A stretch of DNA of 28,891 bases from Bdellovibrionota bacterium (GCA_044347345.1 JBIKUX010000027.1:1-28891); one strand, 5' to 3'. Shown: positions 1-8,998, numbered from the stretch's first letter. Notes: generated from the sequence alone by a model not told the origin. A program made the numbers and translations.

Positions 1-2
1 AG

Positions 3-1529
3 TTAAGATTTAAGGTAGGCGCTCTCTACGATGAATTTACCGTAAGAGAAAGTGCAAGACAGCTTAGAACTCTCAGATTCTTCCAAAACCCAATGATAAG
101 AGGATTTCCCGTCGGTGAACACGAAGTAGATATCGTCGTTACTGTAAAAGACACTTGGACTCTTATTCCTCAAGCTAGCTTGTCTCGCACTAGTGGGAAA
201 AATGGTCAAAGCTTCGGCATGGCCGAGAGTAATCTACTGGGCTACGGCAAACGAGTAGAAGTATTAAAGAGAGATGAAGATAATAGAAGTAGTTTAGAGA
301 CAATTTGGGACGATCCACGCTTCCTTGGAACCTATAATCGCTTTCTAGCTGGTTACTTTGACAGAAGTGATGGTGAAAGAACAATTATTCTTCTTAATCG
401 TCCCTTCTTGTCTTTCCTAGATGAGTACTCTTGGACTCTAAGTAGCGACTACAGCAACGGCATAGGGAGATTATTTGAAGATGGCGATGAAGATTATATA
501 TTTCGTCGTCGCTCTCTTGACCTTACCAGTAGATATATTGTTGCCCGAGGTAATCCTGCGCAAAAGAGAACTAGATACTCCATCGGATTCCAAATCTTTG
601 ATGATGAGTTCATACAAGCCAGTGATCATGATTATGAGCTTACCGACCTTGACCCAAAAACCGTAGATAATAATCCAGATAGACTTGCCAAGGATCGCCG
701 ATTTATTGGTCCAGAGTTTGGCTTTGAAACAATTCAACCAGACTTTATCACAATGAACTATATCGATAGATTCGACAGGTATGAGGATTATAACCTAGGC
801 TACGAAAGGTCTGTTACTTTTCTGCTAGCACCTAAAAGTCTTGGATCCTCTACCGATGCTTTAATACTTAACGGTAATAATTCCAAAGGTATAAGATTTT
901 CCAATAAATCTTTTCTAAGAGCTGAACTTGGTTTTGGTACACGTATTCAAAGCGAGGATATACAAAACACCTTGGTAAGAGGAGAGCTTAAGTATTTTAA
1001 TGTTCTAGGTAGTACTTATTTAGAAAAGTTATTCTTAGGTAGACACACTTTAGCAACGCAAGGTTTTATAGATTACGGCTATGATATAGATCCAGACCGA
1101 CAATTTCTCCTAGGTGGAGATGATGGTGTCCGTGGCTATAAAGCGCGTGCCTTTTCTGGAAATAAAAGATTTTCAATAAACTTAGAAGATCGCATTCACA
1201 TCGCTGATGACGTCGGACGCTTGGTAAGTTTCGGTTTGGCGGCATTCATCGATGCTGGCGGCGCTACCAATCAATCTTTGGGGAACCTTCTCACTAATAG
1301 AGTCTATACCGATGCGGGTGTAGGACTACGATTAGGTTTTCCTCGGTCTTCTGGTGGCGGCGTTATTCGATTAGACCTAGCTGTACCACTTAGAAATGCT
1401 CGAGATGGTAGCGATCAATTTGCTCCTCGTATAACAATAGGCGCAGGACAAATTTTTGGCTCACGTCTTCGCAGTGAGAATTTGGGGACAGACCGAACAA
1501 ATATTGAAGTAGGGTTAGATCGCAGATAA
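3..1529 (+). CDS. Omp85 (BamA/TamA) family outer-membrane protein, 5'-truncated by the window edge
   Basis: The frame of the 93..1529 ORF is open back to position 3 (LRFKVGALYDEFTVRESARQLRTLRFFQNP, resembling a POTRA domain), so ATG 93 is internal. It has the barrel-entry motif ESNLLGYG, the loop-6 motif LGGDDGVRGY, the FIDAG motif and terminal amphipathic strands (IRLDLAVPL, RITIGAGQIF). Confidence 0.85.
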   Translation, partial: LRFKVGALYDEFTVRESARQLRTLRFFQNPMIRGFPVGEHEVDIVVTVKDTWTLIPQASLSRTSGKNGQSFGMAESNLLGYGKRVEVLKRDEDNRSSLETIWDDPRFLGTYNRFLAGYFDRSDGERTIILLNRPFLSFLDEYSWTLSSDYSNGIGRLFEDGDEDYIFRRRSLDLTSRYIVARGNPAQKRTRYSIGFQIFDDEFIQASDHDYELTDLDPKTVDNNPDRLAKDRRFIGPEFGFETIQPDFITMNYIDRFDRYEDYNLGYERSVTFLLAPKSLGSSTDALILNGNNSKGIRFSNKSFLRAELGFGTRIQSEDIQNTLVRGELKYFNVLGSTYLEKLFLGRHTLATQGFIDYGYDIDPDRQFLLGGDDGVRGYKARAFSGNKRFSINLEDRIHIADDVGRLVSFGLAAFIDAGGATNQSLGNLLTNRVYTDAGVGLRLGFPRSSGGGVIRLDLAVPLRNARDGSDQFAPRITIGAGQIFGSRLRSENLGTDRTNIEVGLDRR

Positions 1530-1570
1530 CTTTATGTAACTATCAAATTATATTGATCTCACTAAGCTAT

Positions 1571-2335
1571 TTAATCAAAAACTTCCTTATTCACAAAAAG
1601 AACACCTCCAGCTAGTAAAGGAAGCGCCAGATTAAAAAATGATAACTTCCCACTCGAAGCTACATCACACAAATTAAAAGTTAAAAGCACGAGCGACACA
1701 ATAAATGCCCAACGATATCTACATACCAAGCCAAACAATGCTACCAAGAGTAGTATTCCTTGCGAGATCCTAGCATAGGATAAAAGCCTCTCAGTGTGCA
1801 TCAAGCCTCCAACAGTCTTCCTAACTGTTTTGCCAGTATCATTCTCGTCAATCGAATTAATGCCGTTATGTAGGAGATTTTTAGAACTATCTCGACCAAA
1901 TTCTTGTTTAATATCCTTAAGTATCTTAACTGAAGCGATTTCAAAGCCTCGCTGGATGGCCAAGGTATTCCTTGAACTAAAAAACCAGCTCGATATTAAT
2001 CCATTTTTTATAAGAATCAGCGCAACGACACACTGGAGAGCTAAACCTAACCAAAGATTAGCAGAAAACGGTGCCTTATATTTATACGAATTTTTTCTAG
2101 TGCGACTGGCCGAGCTGTTGCCCGAGCTAGCTTTGTTTTGATGTGAAATTTTGGAATGGTCTAAATCTTTGGAAATACAATGGTGACTTTCAAAACCTGA
2201 GTCGACTTCAGGATTTTTTTGGTTATCTTCTCCCAGTTCTTCTATCTCCAGGTTTAACCAAGGATCGTAGTCATGCTCACTATTACTAAATTTTTTTGCT
2301 GATTTGGGATCTGACTCACAGTTTTGGTCAGTCAT
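1571..2335 (-). CDS. Hypothetical membrane protein
   Basis: 254-aa ATG-started ORF that fills the gap between neighbours. It has a polar/acidic N-terminus, one hydrophobic segment (LWLGLALQCVVALILI) and about three C-terminal hydrophobic segments. No family recognised. Confidence 0.65.
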   Translation of the reverse strand: MTDQNCESDPKSAKKFSNSEHDYDPWLNLEIEELGEDNQKNPEVDSGFESHHCISKDLDHSKISHQNKASSGNSSASRTRKNSYKYKAPFSANLWLGLALQCVVALILIKNGLISSWFFSSRNTLAIQRGFEIASVKILKDIKQEFGRDSSKNLLHNGINSIDENDTGKTVRKTVGGLMHTERLLSYARISQGILLLVALFGLVCRYRWAFIVSLVLLTFNLCDVASSGKLSFFNLALPLLAGGVLFVNKEVFD

Positions 2336-2386
2336 GTTTAGTTCTCAAACTTTACTTAGCTTTTAACCTATATTTTTTTTGTTGAA

Positions 2387-2421
2387 GGAGGATATTTAAC
2401 TAAAAGTGCTAAATATCCTCC
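2387..2421. terminator. Hairpin, possible terminator or RNA-stabilising stem downstream of the H1-like gene
   Basis: Perfect 12-bp inverted repeat GGAGGATATTTA (2387-2398) / TAAATATCCTCC (2410-2421). No U-tract follows on the minus strand, so intrinsic termination is uncertain. Confidence 0.45.
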
Positions 2422-2465
2422 GCTACTTTATAACTTAGCAAAAAGCTAGCTAGACCAGCTTACTC

Positions 2466-2819
2466 TTACTCAGTAATTGCCGCCTTCTTTACGATGCGAG
2501 CTCGACTAGGAGTTGCGCTTGCAACATCTGTTGTTGAACTACCGGACACAGGAGCTTTCTTGGTAGCTGCTCGTTTTGAAACTTTTTTCTTTACTGTAGC
2601 TTTCTTGGCTACTTTCTTTTTTGGGGCTGCTTTCTTAACTACCTTTTTCTTGGTAGCAACCTTTTTTACCACACGCTTTGCGGCTCCTTTAGTAGCTTTA
2701 GTCACCGGTTTTTTTGTAACTGGTTTTTTTGTGACTGGCTTTTTTGCCACTACTTTCTTCGGAGTCACTTTTTTCTTCACGGCTGACTTTTTTGCCGTAC
2801 TTTTCTTTGTAATAGCCAT
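2466..2819 (-). CDS. Lys/Ala-rich histone H1-like (Hc1/Hc2-type) basic DNA-binding protein
   Basis: Nearly the whole protein is KK(P/V/A)(V/A)(T/A)-type repeats. ATG 2819 is preceded by GGAG (minus strand ...gtggagattagcaATG), so I prefer it to the ORF-track start at 2834. The function call rests on composition. Confidence 0.75.
   Translation of the reverse strand: MAITKKSTAKKSAVKKKVTPKKVVAKKPVTKKPVTKKPVTKATKGAAKRVVKKVATKKKVVKKAAPKKKVAKKATVKKKVSKRAATKKAPVSGSSTTDVASATPSRARIVKKAAITE
2700..2744 (-). repeat. Three tandem 15-bp coding repeats (KKPVT x3)
   Basis: Plus strand agtcaccggtttttt / tgtaactggtttttt / tgtgactggcttttt; the copies differ only at synonymous positions. Confidence 0.85.
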
Positions 2820-3194
2820 TGCTAATCTCCACAATTTTGCGGGTAATCCCCGCCTAACTTAACATTTAGCTTCAGTTATAAATGTTTCTGAAACCATCTG
2901 CACGTAACTCTTAGAACGGGATACCCTCGAAACAACTAAATACTTCTTTCGTAGTAAATATGCTTTTTTAAGGTTTACCGGTCGAAATTACGCACTCCTT
3001 AACAATCCGATCCATTTTAAAAATCAGAATCACAATTTATGACTCTGACATTTTCCGAATCTTTATCTCTACATTTGATCAGTAAAGTATAAATGATTTT
3101 ATTCTTCATCTGAAACAATATTCAAAAGATAAATTTTCGGATGTTGCCGCTTAACATGTTGCTATAGTTTACCTCGCCTATTCACAATGCATGA

Positions 3195-3225
3195 AGTAAA
3201 AATATCAGTCTTGATTATTTTTACT
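3195..3225. promoter_or_regulatory. Inverted repeat (10-11-10), candidate operator or hairpin
   Basis: AGTAAAAATA (3195-3204) and TATTTTTACT (3216-3225) in the long intergenic region upstream of the H1-like gene. Confidence 0.3.
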
Positions 3226-3398
3226 GAGTGCACTTTTGATTAGCTCGATAATTTCTGACTATAAAAACATCTAAGGTCTAAAACTATCGGCGAGCTTGCC
3301 ACCATGAATAATCAATCGCAAGCCTTTAATTTGATGTTCTATAACCTAAAAAGTATTCATCTAAGATATTTTTTCTGAATCTTTTTTAATTAAAAAAG

Positions 3399-5858
3399 TT
3401 AATACAACTGAGAAAAGCTTGCTACAAAAGATTCGCAAAGTCGGTCAGTTTCTTGCTGATACTTTCTACGAAAATTATCTCTAGTACGTGCTTTAGCACG
3501 CAATTTAACTCTCTCCTTTACCGAGCCAGAGGAAAATATAATTGAGCTAACATTTCTTATCTCAGGTGGTATCCGCCCCTGAATTAGAGCTACACCAAAC
3601 TTTAATTGTGGCTGAAATATCTGAGGACAAGCGTATTCTCCCAACGAAATTGCAATGGGAACCACTCCTGTACCACTACCTTTTAACTCAATTTTCAACT
3701 TGGAACCTGGAACAATTCTACTTAAAGCCCTAGAGCTATGCTTACCACCACTTCTTGCGACTATAACTGCCATCTCTGTTACAGATACCGGAGGACTAAT
3801 AGCAGCTGGTTCTCCACCACACAGTGGTGAAAATCGAATAGATAGTCCGTCAGCTATCAGCTCATTACTTTTAGCAAATGTTACAGATGAATCTGCAGCT
3901 AAACCTGAAATACCCACTAGTGCTCCATTCCGTACCTCTCGCTCAACCGAACGATTTTCAAATTGCAATTTGATATCAATTGCGCCAGAACGATTTAAGG
4001 TAAGCCAAGCTTTTACTTCACCACTAACGCGATTAGTATAATGAAATACTCGCCACAAAAAGGTCACTGAGTCGTCGGTAAACTTTACTCTCACGCCGGA
4101 TTTGGAATGTGGCCGCGAGTACAGGTCAGAATGAAGAACCGCTATAGAATTTTTAGGAGCTGAAACACCTGGCCTAAAATCCATGGTTGCCGGAGGAGTT
4201 CCAAGATATAACACTCCATTAGGAGAAATGGTTACTTTATCTACAAGTGAACCATAAAACGGAAACGAAAACGGTAACTTTACTTCAGTATAAGAGAGCT
4301 CATCGGCAGATAGTATTGGATTCTCTTCAATTAATGAACTATCCGTTATAACCTCTAAATTTCTTACTTCATAAATACAATTCGGTAAATTTTTCGCTGG
4401 AACCACGGGAGCTCTTTCACCTTTCAGTAACCGAGCTAAATGTAATGTTCTCCCACTTAGAGACATTCCTGCAAGACCCGCTCTATCTGCGCCAGATTCA
4501 ATCAGGTCTTGTTTCACTTGAGTAGGGCTAAGCTGCGGATTTTGCGCCAAAAGAAGCGCTGCAGCACCGCTTACATACGGTGCTGCCATTGATGTGCCAC
4601 TTAAAACTCGATACTCTCCGCGCGGCGATGTACTTAGAATACCTACCCCTGGAGCAGCAATATGCACAGAGGTCGCTCCATAGTTAGAAAATGAAGCTAA
4701 ATTTTGTTCGCGGTCAATTGCTCCGACTGAAATAACATTGGCACTTTTGGCATTAGCCGGAAAAGCAGTAACAGCGTCATTATCAGCGCTATCATTACCC
4801 GCTGCCGCTACAAAAACTATACCAGCCTCTGCTAGTTTCTGAATAACACTTTCAAGAGGAGCCGAGTAATTAGTTCCTCCCCAAGAATTATTTGCCACCA
4901 TTACAGGTACACCTCGTTGCTTCATGTCGAGTAGGTAGTTAAGAGCTGCAATTGCACTAGATATACTCCCTGATCCATTTTTATCGAGAAATTTGAGAGC
5001 CATAATCTTAGCGTTCCAAGCTACTCCTGTGATCCCGATAGAATTATTTCCAATTCCAGCTATAGTTCCAGCTACATGAGTTCCGTGAAAATTATCATCA
5101 AAGGGGTCACCCGAATAAGAACTTGTATTAACTCCGTACACATCATCTATGTAGCCATTTGCATCATCATCAATTCCATTAGCTGGAATTTCGCCCAAAT
5201 TAGTCCACATATTTTGCATCAGGTCTGGATGGGAATAATCAACACCCGTATCAACGACAGCTACAACAATTTCCTCAGAAGTACGTTTAACTTCCCATCC
5301 CTCTGGTGCACCAATACCTTGTAAAGTATTTAATCCCCAAAGTTTATCAAAAAATTCGTCATTCGGAGTTATCGTACTGCTCGCATGTACAACAAAATTT
5401 GGGCTACATGTCTTTGCTAAACCCTTGGCAATAAGTTCTGCGCAAAAAGTATCATTCGGATCATAAGGGACTAATTTAGATTTTTTACGTGACGTTAAAG
5501 CCGCACGACGACGACTGTTAGCTATCTTTCCAACTTTCTCTGTTTTAGATAGAAGCAGACTCGAACCACCCAAAGGTAGTGAATCAAACCTATCTACCTT
5601 GGTAGTCTCAAGCGCACTACGCCCGCTTCCTCTGGGGGGCGTATCAGGCATCTCAATTACATATTCTCCAGAAATTACTTGAGATAAACTACTCTGCTGA
5701 GAAAAGCTCTCTACGGGAGCTATTGTAGCAAATACTACAATAAATTTTATTACTTTTAAAAAACTTTCGTATATCCCAAGTTTAAATTTGGAATAAAACC
5801 TACTTATAACTAACTTAGTTACCGCACTCAAAGCTACCACCCTTCTAATCACAACCAC
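3399..5858 (-). CDS. Secreted subtilisin-like S8 serine protease with C-terminal accessory domains
   Basis: Catalytic triad motifs VAVVDTGVD, HGTHVAGTIAG and SGTSMAAP, oxyanion motif AAAGN, and the insert EIPANGIDDDANGYIDD. The start codon is uncertain: GTG 5858, with no ATG before the signal-like segment. Confidence 0.93.
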   Translation of the reverse strand: MVVIRRVVALSAVTKLVISRFYSKFKLGIYESFLKVIKFIVVFATIAPVESFSQQSSLSQVISGEYVIEMPDTPPRGSGRSALETTKVDRFDSLPLGGSSLLLSKTEKVGKIANSRRRAALTSRKKSKLVPYDPNDTFCAELIAKGLAKTCSPNFVVHASSTITPNDEFFDKLWGLNTLQGIGAPEGWEVKRTSEEIVVAVVDTGVDYSHPDLMQNMWTNLGEIPANGIDDDANGYIDDVYGVNTSSYSGDPFDDNFHGTHVAGTIAGIGNNSIGITGVAWNAKIMALKFLDKNGSGSISSAIAALNYLLDMKQRGVPVMVANNSWGGTNYSAPLESVIQKLAEAGIVFVAAAGNDSADNDAVTAFPANAKSANVISVGAIDREQNLASFSNYGATSVHIAAPGVGILSTSPRGEYRVLSGTSMAAPYVSGAAALLLAQNPQLSPTQVKQDLIESGADRAGLAGMSLSGRTLHLARLLKGERAPVVPAKNLPNCIYEVRNLEVITDSSLIEENPILSADELSYTEVKLPFSFPFYGSLVDKVTISPNGVLYLGTPPATMDFRPGVSAPKNSIAVLHSDLYSRPHSKSGVRVKFTDDSVTFLWRVFHYTNRVSGEVKAWLTLNRSGAIDIKLQFENRSVEREVRNGALVGISGLAADSSVTFAKSNELIADGLSIRFSPLCGGEPAAISPPVSVTEMAVIVARSGGKHSSRALSRIVPGSKLKIELKGSGTGVVPIAISLGEYACPQIFQPQLKFGVALIQGRIPPEIRNVSSIIFSSGSVKERVKLRAKARTRDNFRRKYQQETDRLCESFVASFSQLY

Positions 5859-5877
5859 TAGAAAGGGAGGTCGGCAA

Positions 5878-5898
5878 AGGTAATGATTAACATTACCT
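5878..5898. promoter_or_regulatory. Inverted repeat (8-5-8) upstream of the protease
   Basis: AGGTAATG-attaa-CATTACCT, next to a second imperfect hairpin at 5840-5867. Confidence 0.3.
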
Positions 5899-6042
5899 GA
5901 AACAGTGTATTTTTCTTAGACGTTAAAAATTACAAAAGCTTAAAGGGACTTTTTACTGATGCCCTTGGTGCGAGATCAGAGGATCAATTTTACTGGAATT
6001 AGTTTGCCTACCTAAGAGTTATACCTACTAACTCATTCTTAA

Positions 6043-6474
6043 CTAACTAAAAGAAGCTCCACAGCCACAGGTTCGTTTGGCATTTGGATTTATAAATTTA
6101 AAGCCTTGTCCTTGAAGCGATGTAACATAATCAACAACCGTGCCACGAAGATATCCTGCGCTCACAGAATCGATATAAACGGTGACTCCGCCACATGACA
6201 TAACAGTGTCATCAGGGCGCTCCTCTTTCTCAAAGTCGAGATTATATTGAAATCCGGAGCAACCTCCACCAATAACGGATACTCGAAGACCATCTCCCTC
6301 TTCCCCGTCATTATCAATAGCTAGCTTAAAAGCTTTAGCTGCCTTTACTGTCACAAAAATTGGAGCATCATCAGTTGGTATAAAAGAATCAGAGTCAGAA
6401 TCACTGTTTTCGTCATTACTACCTTGTTCGTTAGTAATGTCCTGCTCTTCACTTGGTATACTTTCAGTAGTCAT
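6043..6474 (-). CDS. erpA: A-type iron-sulfur cluster carrier (ErpA/IscA/HesB family)
   Basis: LRVSVIGGGCSGFQY and the C-terminal NPNAKRTCGCGASFS contain the three conserved Cys. ErpA versus IscA cannot be resolved with certainty; the gene stands alone, outside an isc/suf operon. Confidence 0.9.
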   Translation of the reverse strand: MTTESIPSEEQDITNEQGSNDENSDSDSDSFIPTDDAPIFVTVKAAKAFKLAIDNDGEEGDGLRVSVIGGGCSGFQYNLDFEKEERPDDTVMSCGGVTVYIDSVSAGYLRGTVVDYVTSLQGQGFKFINPNAKRTCGCGASFS

Positions 6475-6633
6475 ATCTTTTAGATCCCAAGAATCTTTTA
6501 AATATTTATTATAGGCTTAGGATAACTACTCCCGCTCAGCAAAACAAGTCCACAAGAATATCACGAATAAATCTTAATAAAATCGAGTTTAATCGCTTAT
6601 GGCAGCCTTAAAAAATGACGAACAACTCTTTAA

Positions 6634-7686
6634 ATGTTCTGGATACTTCTCTGTCACCATTCATTAAATAGCACCAGTACTCACTGTGGCAAACTTGCCC
6701 CGTATAATCCTCGTCTTTATCAAACCAGCTCCCCAACTAACAGAAAAGTCGACCTTCCGACTGAAAATGTCATTAAACAACCATTTACAGTAGCTTTTAT
6801 TCTGGTTATTACAATAATTTTCGGTCATCCTCCCGCCACTGTAGTCGCTCAATCTGCGAGGTTACCAGACCCTAAAACTAACTCACCTTCTGACAATGAT
6901 TCGAACTTTCAAATTGATGCCCTCATATCAATAGGTGATTCACCGGAAGGAAATGTTACTTACAAATCTAGTGGAATTACCGTCTTAACCCCTAACACTC
7001 ACAATCGATTAGCAAAAAGATTTCTTGAAGTAGCATCCATTACAAAAAAGGAGTATTCACACCTATTTGGAGACTTATCTCAGCTTAATACAACAATAAT
7101 TTTAATGAATTCTGACGAATTTTATCGGCGTACCGGCACTCCATCATGGACAAACGCAATATTTTTCAGAAAAAAAATTATTGTTCCAATCGAAAAAGCA
7201 CGCCTTTTAGATGATGATACGATCGTTCGATCAATTCGACACGAATTACTTCATGCCGTTGTATACGACTTAGGTAACGGAAAAGTGCCCGGATGGCTCG
7301 ATGAAGGCCTAGCTCAATGGATAGAGGGAAGTGAGCACGATGCATTAAGTAATTCACTTAAATCCTGGCTTCAAAAAAACACCCCTCTTCCTCTCAGTAT
7401 ACTTCAAGGTGGTTTTACAAAGCTTGAATCATCCATGGTACCGGCGGCTTATGGACAATCTCTGTTCGCTACAAAATATTTAATCAAAGAACGAGGCATT
7501 CGAGCAATTCGTAAACTTTTAACCAGTACCTCAAAGGGGAAAACCTTTTCCGATTCATTTAAGGAAACTACCGGATATTCAGTAAGTGATTTTGAACATA
7601 ATTTAACTACTTCTTTAACTAAATGGGCTTCTGCACAAAAAAATCATTACATCAGCAAACAGTCTCCAATAACTAAAGGTCATTAA
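6634..7686 (+). CDS. Peptidase MA-like (gluzincin) exported metallopeptidase
   Basis: HELLH zinc motif followed by PGWLDEGLAQW and AYGQS; hydrophobic signal/anchor segment FTVAFILVITIIFG. Start uncertain. The 3' end overlaps the convergent gene by 14 bp. Confidence 0.8.
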   Translation: MFWILLCHHSLNSTSTHCGKLAPYNPRLYQTSSPTNRKVDLPTENVIKQPFTVAFILVITIIFGHPPATVVAQSARLPDPKTNSPSDNDSNFQIDALISIGDSPEGNVTYKSSGITVLTPNTHNRLAKRFLEVASITKKEYSHLFGDLSQLNTTIILMNSDEFYRRTGTPSWTNAIFFRKKIIVPIEKARLLDDDTIVRSIRHELLHAVVYDLGNGKVPGWLDEGLAQWIEGSEHDALSNSLKSWLQKNTPLPLSILQGGFTKLESSMVPAAYGQSLFATKYLIKERGIRAIRKLLTSTSKGKTFSDSFKETTGYSVSDFEHNLTTSLTKWASAQKNHYISKQSPITKGH

Positions 7687-8920
7687 TTTTATCTGAGTAA
7701 CCGGTAAGTTCTAAAAATCCTTTACCCGAAGACTTGGATGTAGCTACTAATATAGCACCCTCCCAATAGGTAGGGGCATAAACAGAGTCAATCTCTTGAT
7801 TGTCACTTAGAGGTTTAAGTCGGGCGTCTATATTTGCTAATGGTATTGCGACTTTCACTTCAATAGGATAGTTCGCTCCAGAGCGAGGACTTTTCCACCA
7901 CCTTATTGGCTTAAACAGCACTTCATCTCCCTTATATGTATTTATTATAGAAGTACCATTAGATTTAGAGATAACAGTCGCAAACCTGTAGTTTATCTTT
8001 TCTTGCCTATCTTGACCTCTAACTTGAGCAGCCATGATCATAGTTCCATCAGAAAGAATGAACCAACACCAATCCCAACCAGTTTGATCTGAACCTAAAC
8101 CAGAAGACATCCACTCATGATCCATCCAAAAAATGCCCTCTACTTTAGTAGAATCTTTAACCAAACCCGAACGTGAGACTACTCGTACCGTACCTCTGGC
8201 TAAAAGCGGTGCTACAGAATAATAATGCGATGCACAAGTCTGACATTCACCTTTTTTGCTAAAACCTTTGTCACCTTGAAGAATTGGCTCATTACTGGCA
8301 GCCTTTAAGATCAAAGCAACATCATACCACAATGAGCCATCGCTATTGCTCAACCTGAAGTTAAGAGATTGATCATTAACACCATCATGTTCTGACTTTA
8401 CTGACCATCCTTGATTATATAAATCTAATTGTTCGTCTCTAGCATAGGCTAAACCTAACGCACCACGAACACTCCTTTCACTATGAATAAACACACCTGA
8501 AGTCACATCAAATAGAGCGGCATGGGCAAGATATACTTGTCCACCATCAGAGCTAACTGAAGGCGCATTTTGCCGACGAAAAAAAGTAAGCTGAATACCA
8601 TACTTTGTAGTACCCTTTAGGGGATCTTGATCAGGTATCACAAGATGACCAGTGTAGTACCACCATTCAGTTTGGAAACCACGGTGTAATCCGTGATCAC
8701 GAGGAAAAGAAAGGATATAATCAGGAGATGCATCTAAGAAGTGGGATTTCGATGGACTGTTCTTTGATACTTGTAATTCACGTCCAGATAAAGATTCCGA
8801 AGACGCTCTTAGTGCTATTAAGGAAACAGTACTACAGATAATGAAAGGTAAAATAAACGACAAACAAAAAAAACTCTTGCTGAAATTGCTTATCACTAAT
8901 TTAACTCGCTCCTTGCACAT
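7673..8920 (-). CDS. AttH-like / CrtC-type lipocalin-fold secreted protein
   Basis: Family motifs FPRDHG..TEWWYYTG, ASHYYS, WMDHEW, GWDW, W.SPRSGANYP, YWEG and GFLELTGY; N-terminal hydrophobic segment; lies downstream of an FtsX-like permease. Confidence 0.88.
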   Translation of the reverse strand: MCKERVKLVISNFSKSFFCLSFILPFIICSTVSLIALRASSESLSGRELQVSKNSPSKSHFLDASPDYILSFPRDHGLHRGFQTEWWYYTGHLVIPDQDPLKGTTKYGIQLTFFRRQNAPSVSSDGGQVYLAHAALFDVTSGVFIHSERSVRGALGLAYARDEQLDLYNQGWSVKSEHDGVNDQSLNFRLSNSDGSLWYDVALILKAASNEPILQGDKGFSKKGECQTCASHYYSVAPLLARGTVRVVSRSGLVKDSTKVEGIFWMDHEWMSSGLGSDQTGWDWCWFILSDGTMIMAAQVRGQDRQEKINYRFATVISKSNGTSIINTYKGDEVLFKPIRWWKSPRSGANYPIEVKVAIPLANIDARLKPLSDNQEIDSVYAPTYWEGAILVATSKSSGKGFLELTGYSDKINDL

Positions 8921-8998
8921 GTTTTAAGATAAAACAAAAAAGCTGCTTTATAAATCCTACATAAATTACTTTTCACGAAAATAATTTTACACCTGACC

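Noticed and set aside
2494..2862. Plus-strand 122-aa Phe/Ala/Thr-rich ORF that looks like a membrane protein
   Set aside because: Antisense mirror of the Lys-rich gene (AAA/AAG read as TTT/CTT); the minus-strand ORF has the RBS.
3241..3300. Resemblance of ctaaggtctaaaactat...ttgcc to the 3' half of a c-di-GMP-I riboswitch
   Set aside because: The GGCAAA...GAAA...GACGCAAA core is absent, and no plus-strand gene lies downstream.
6687..6699. TGGCAAACTTGCC as a sigma-54 promoter
   Set aside because: GG-to-GC spacing is 7 nt rather than the required 10.
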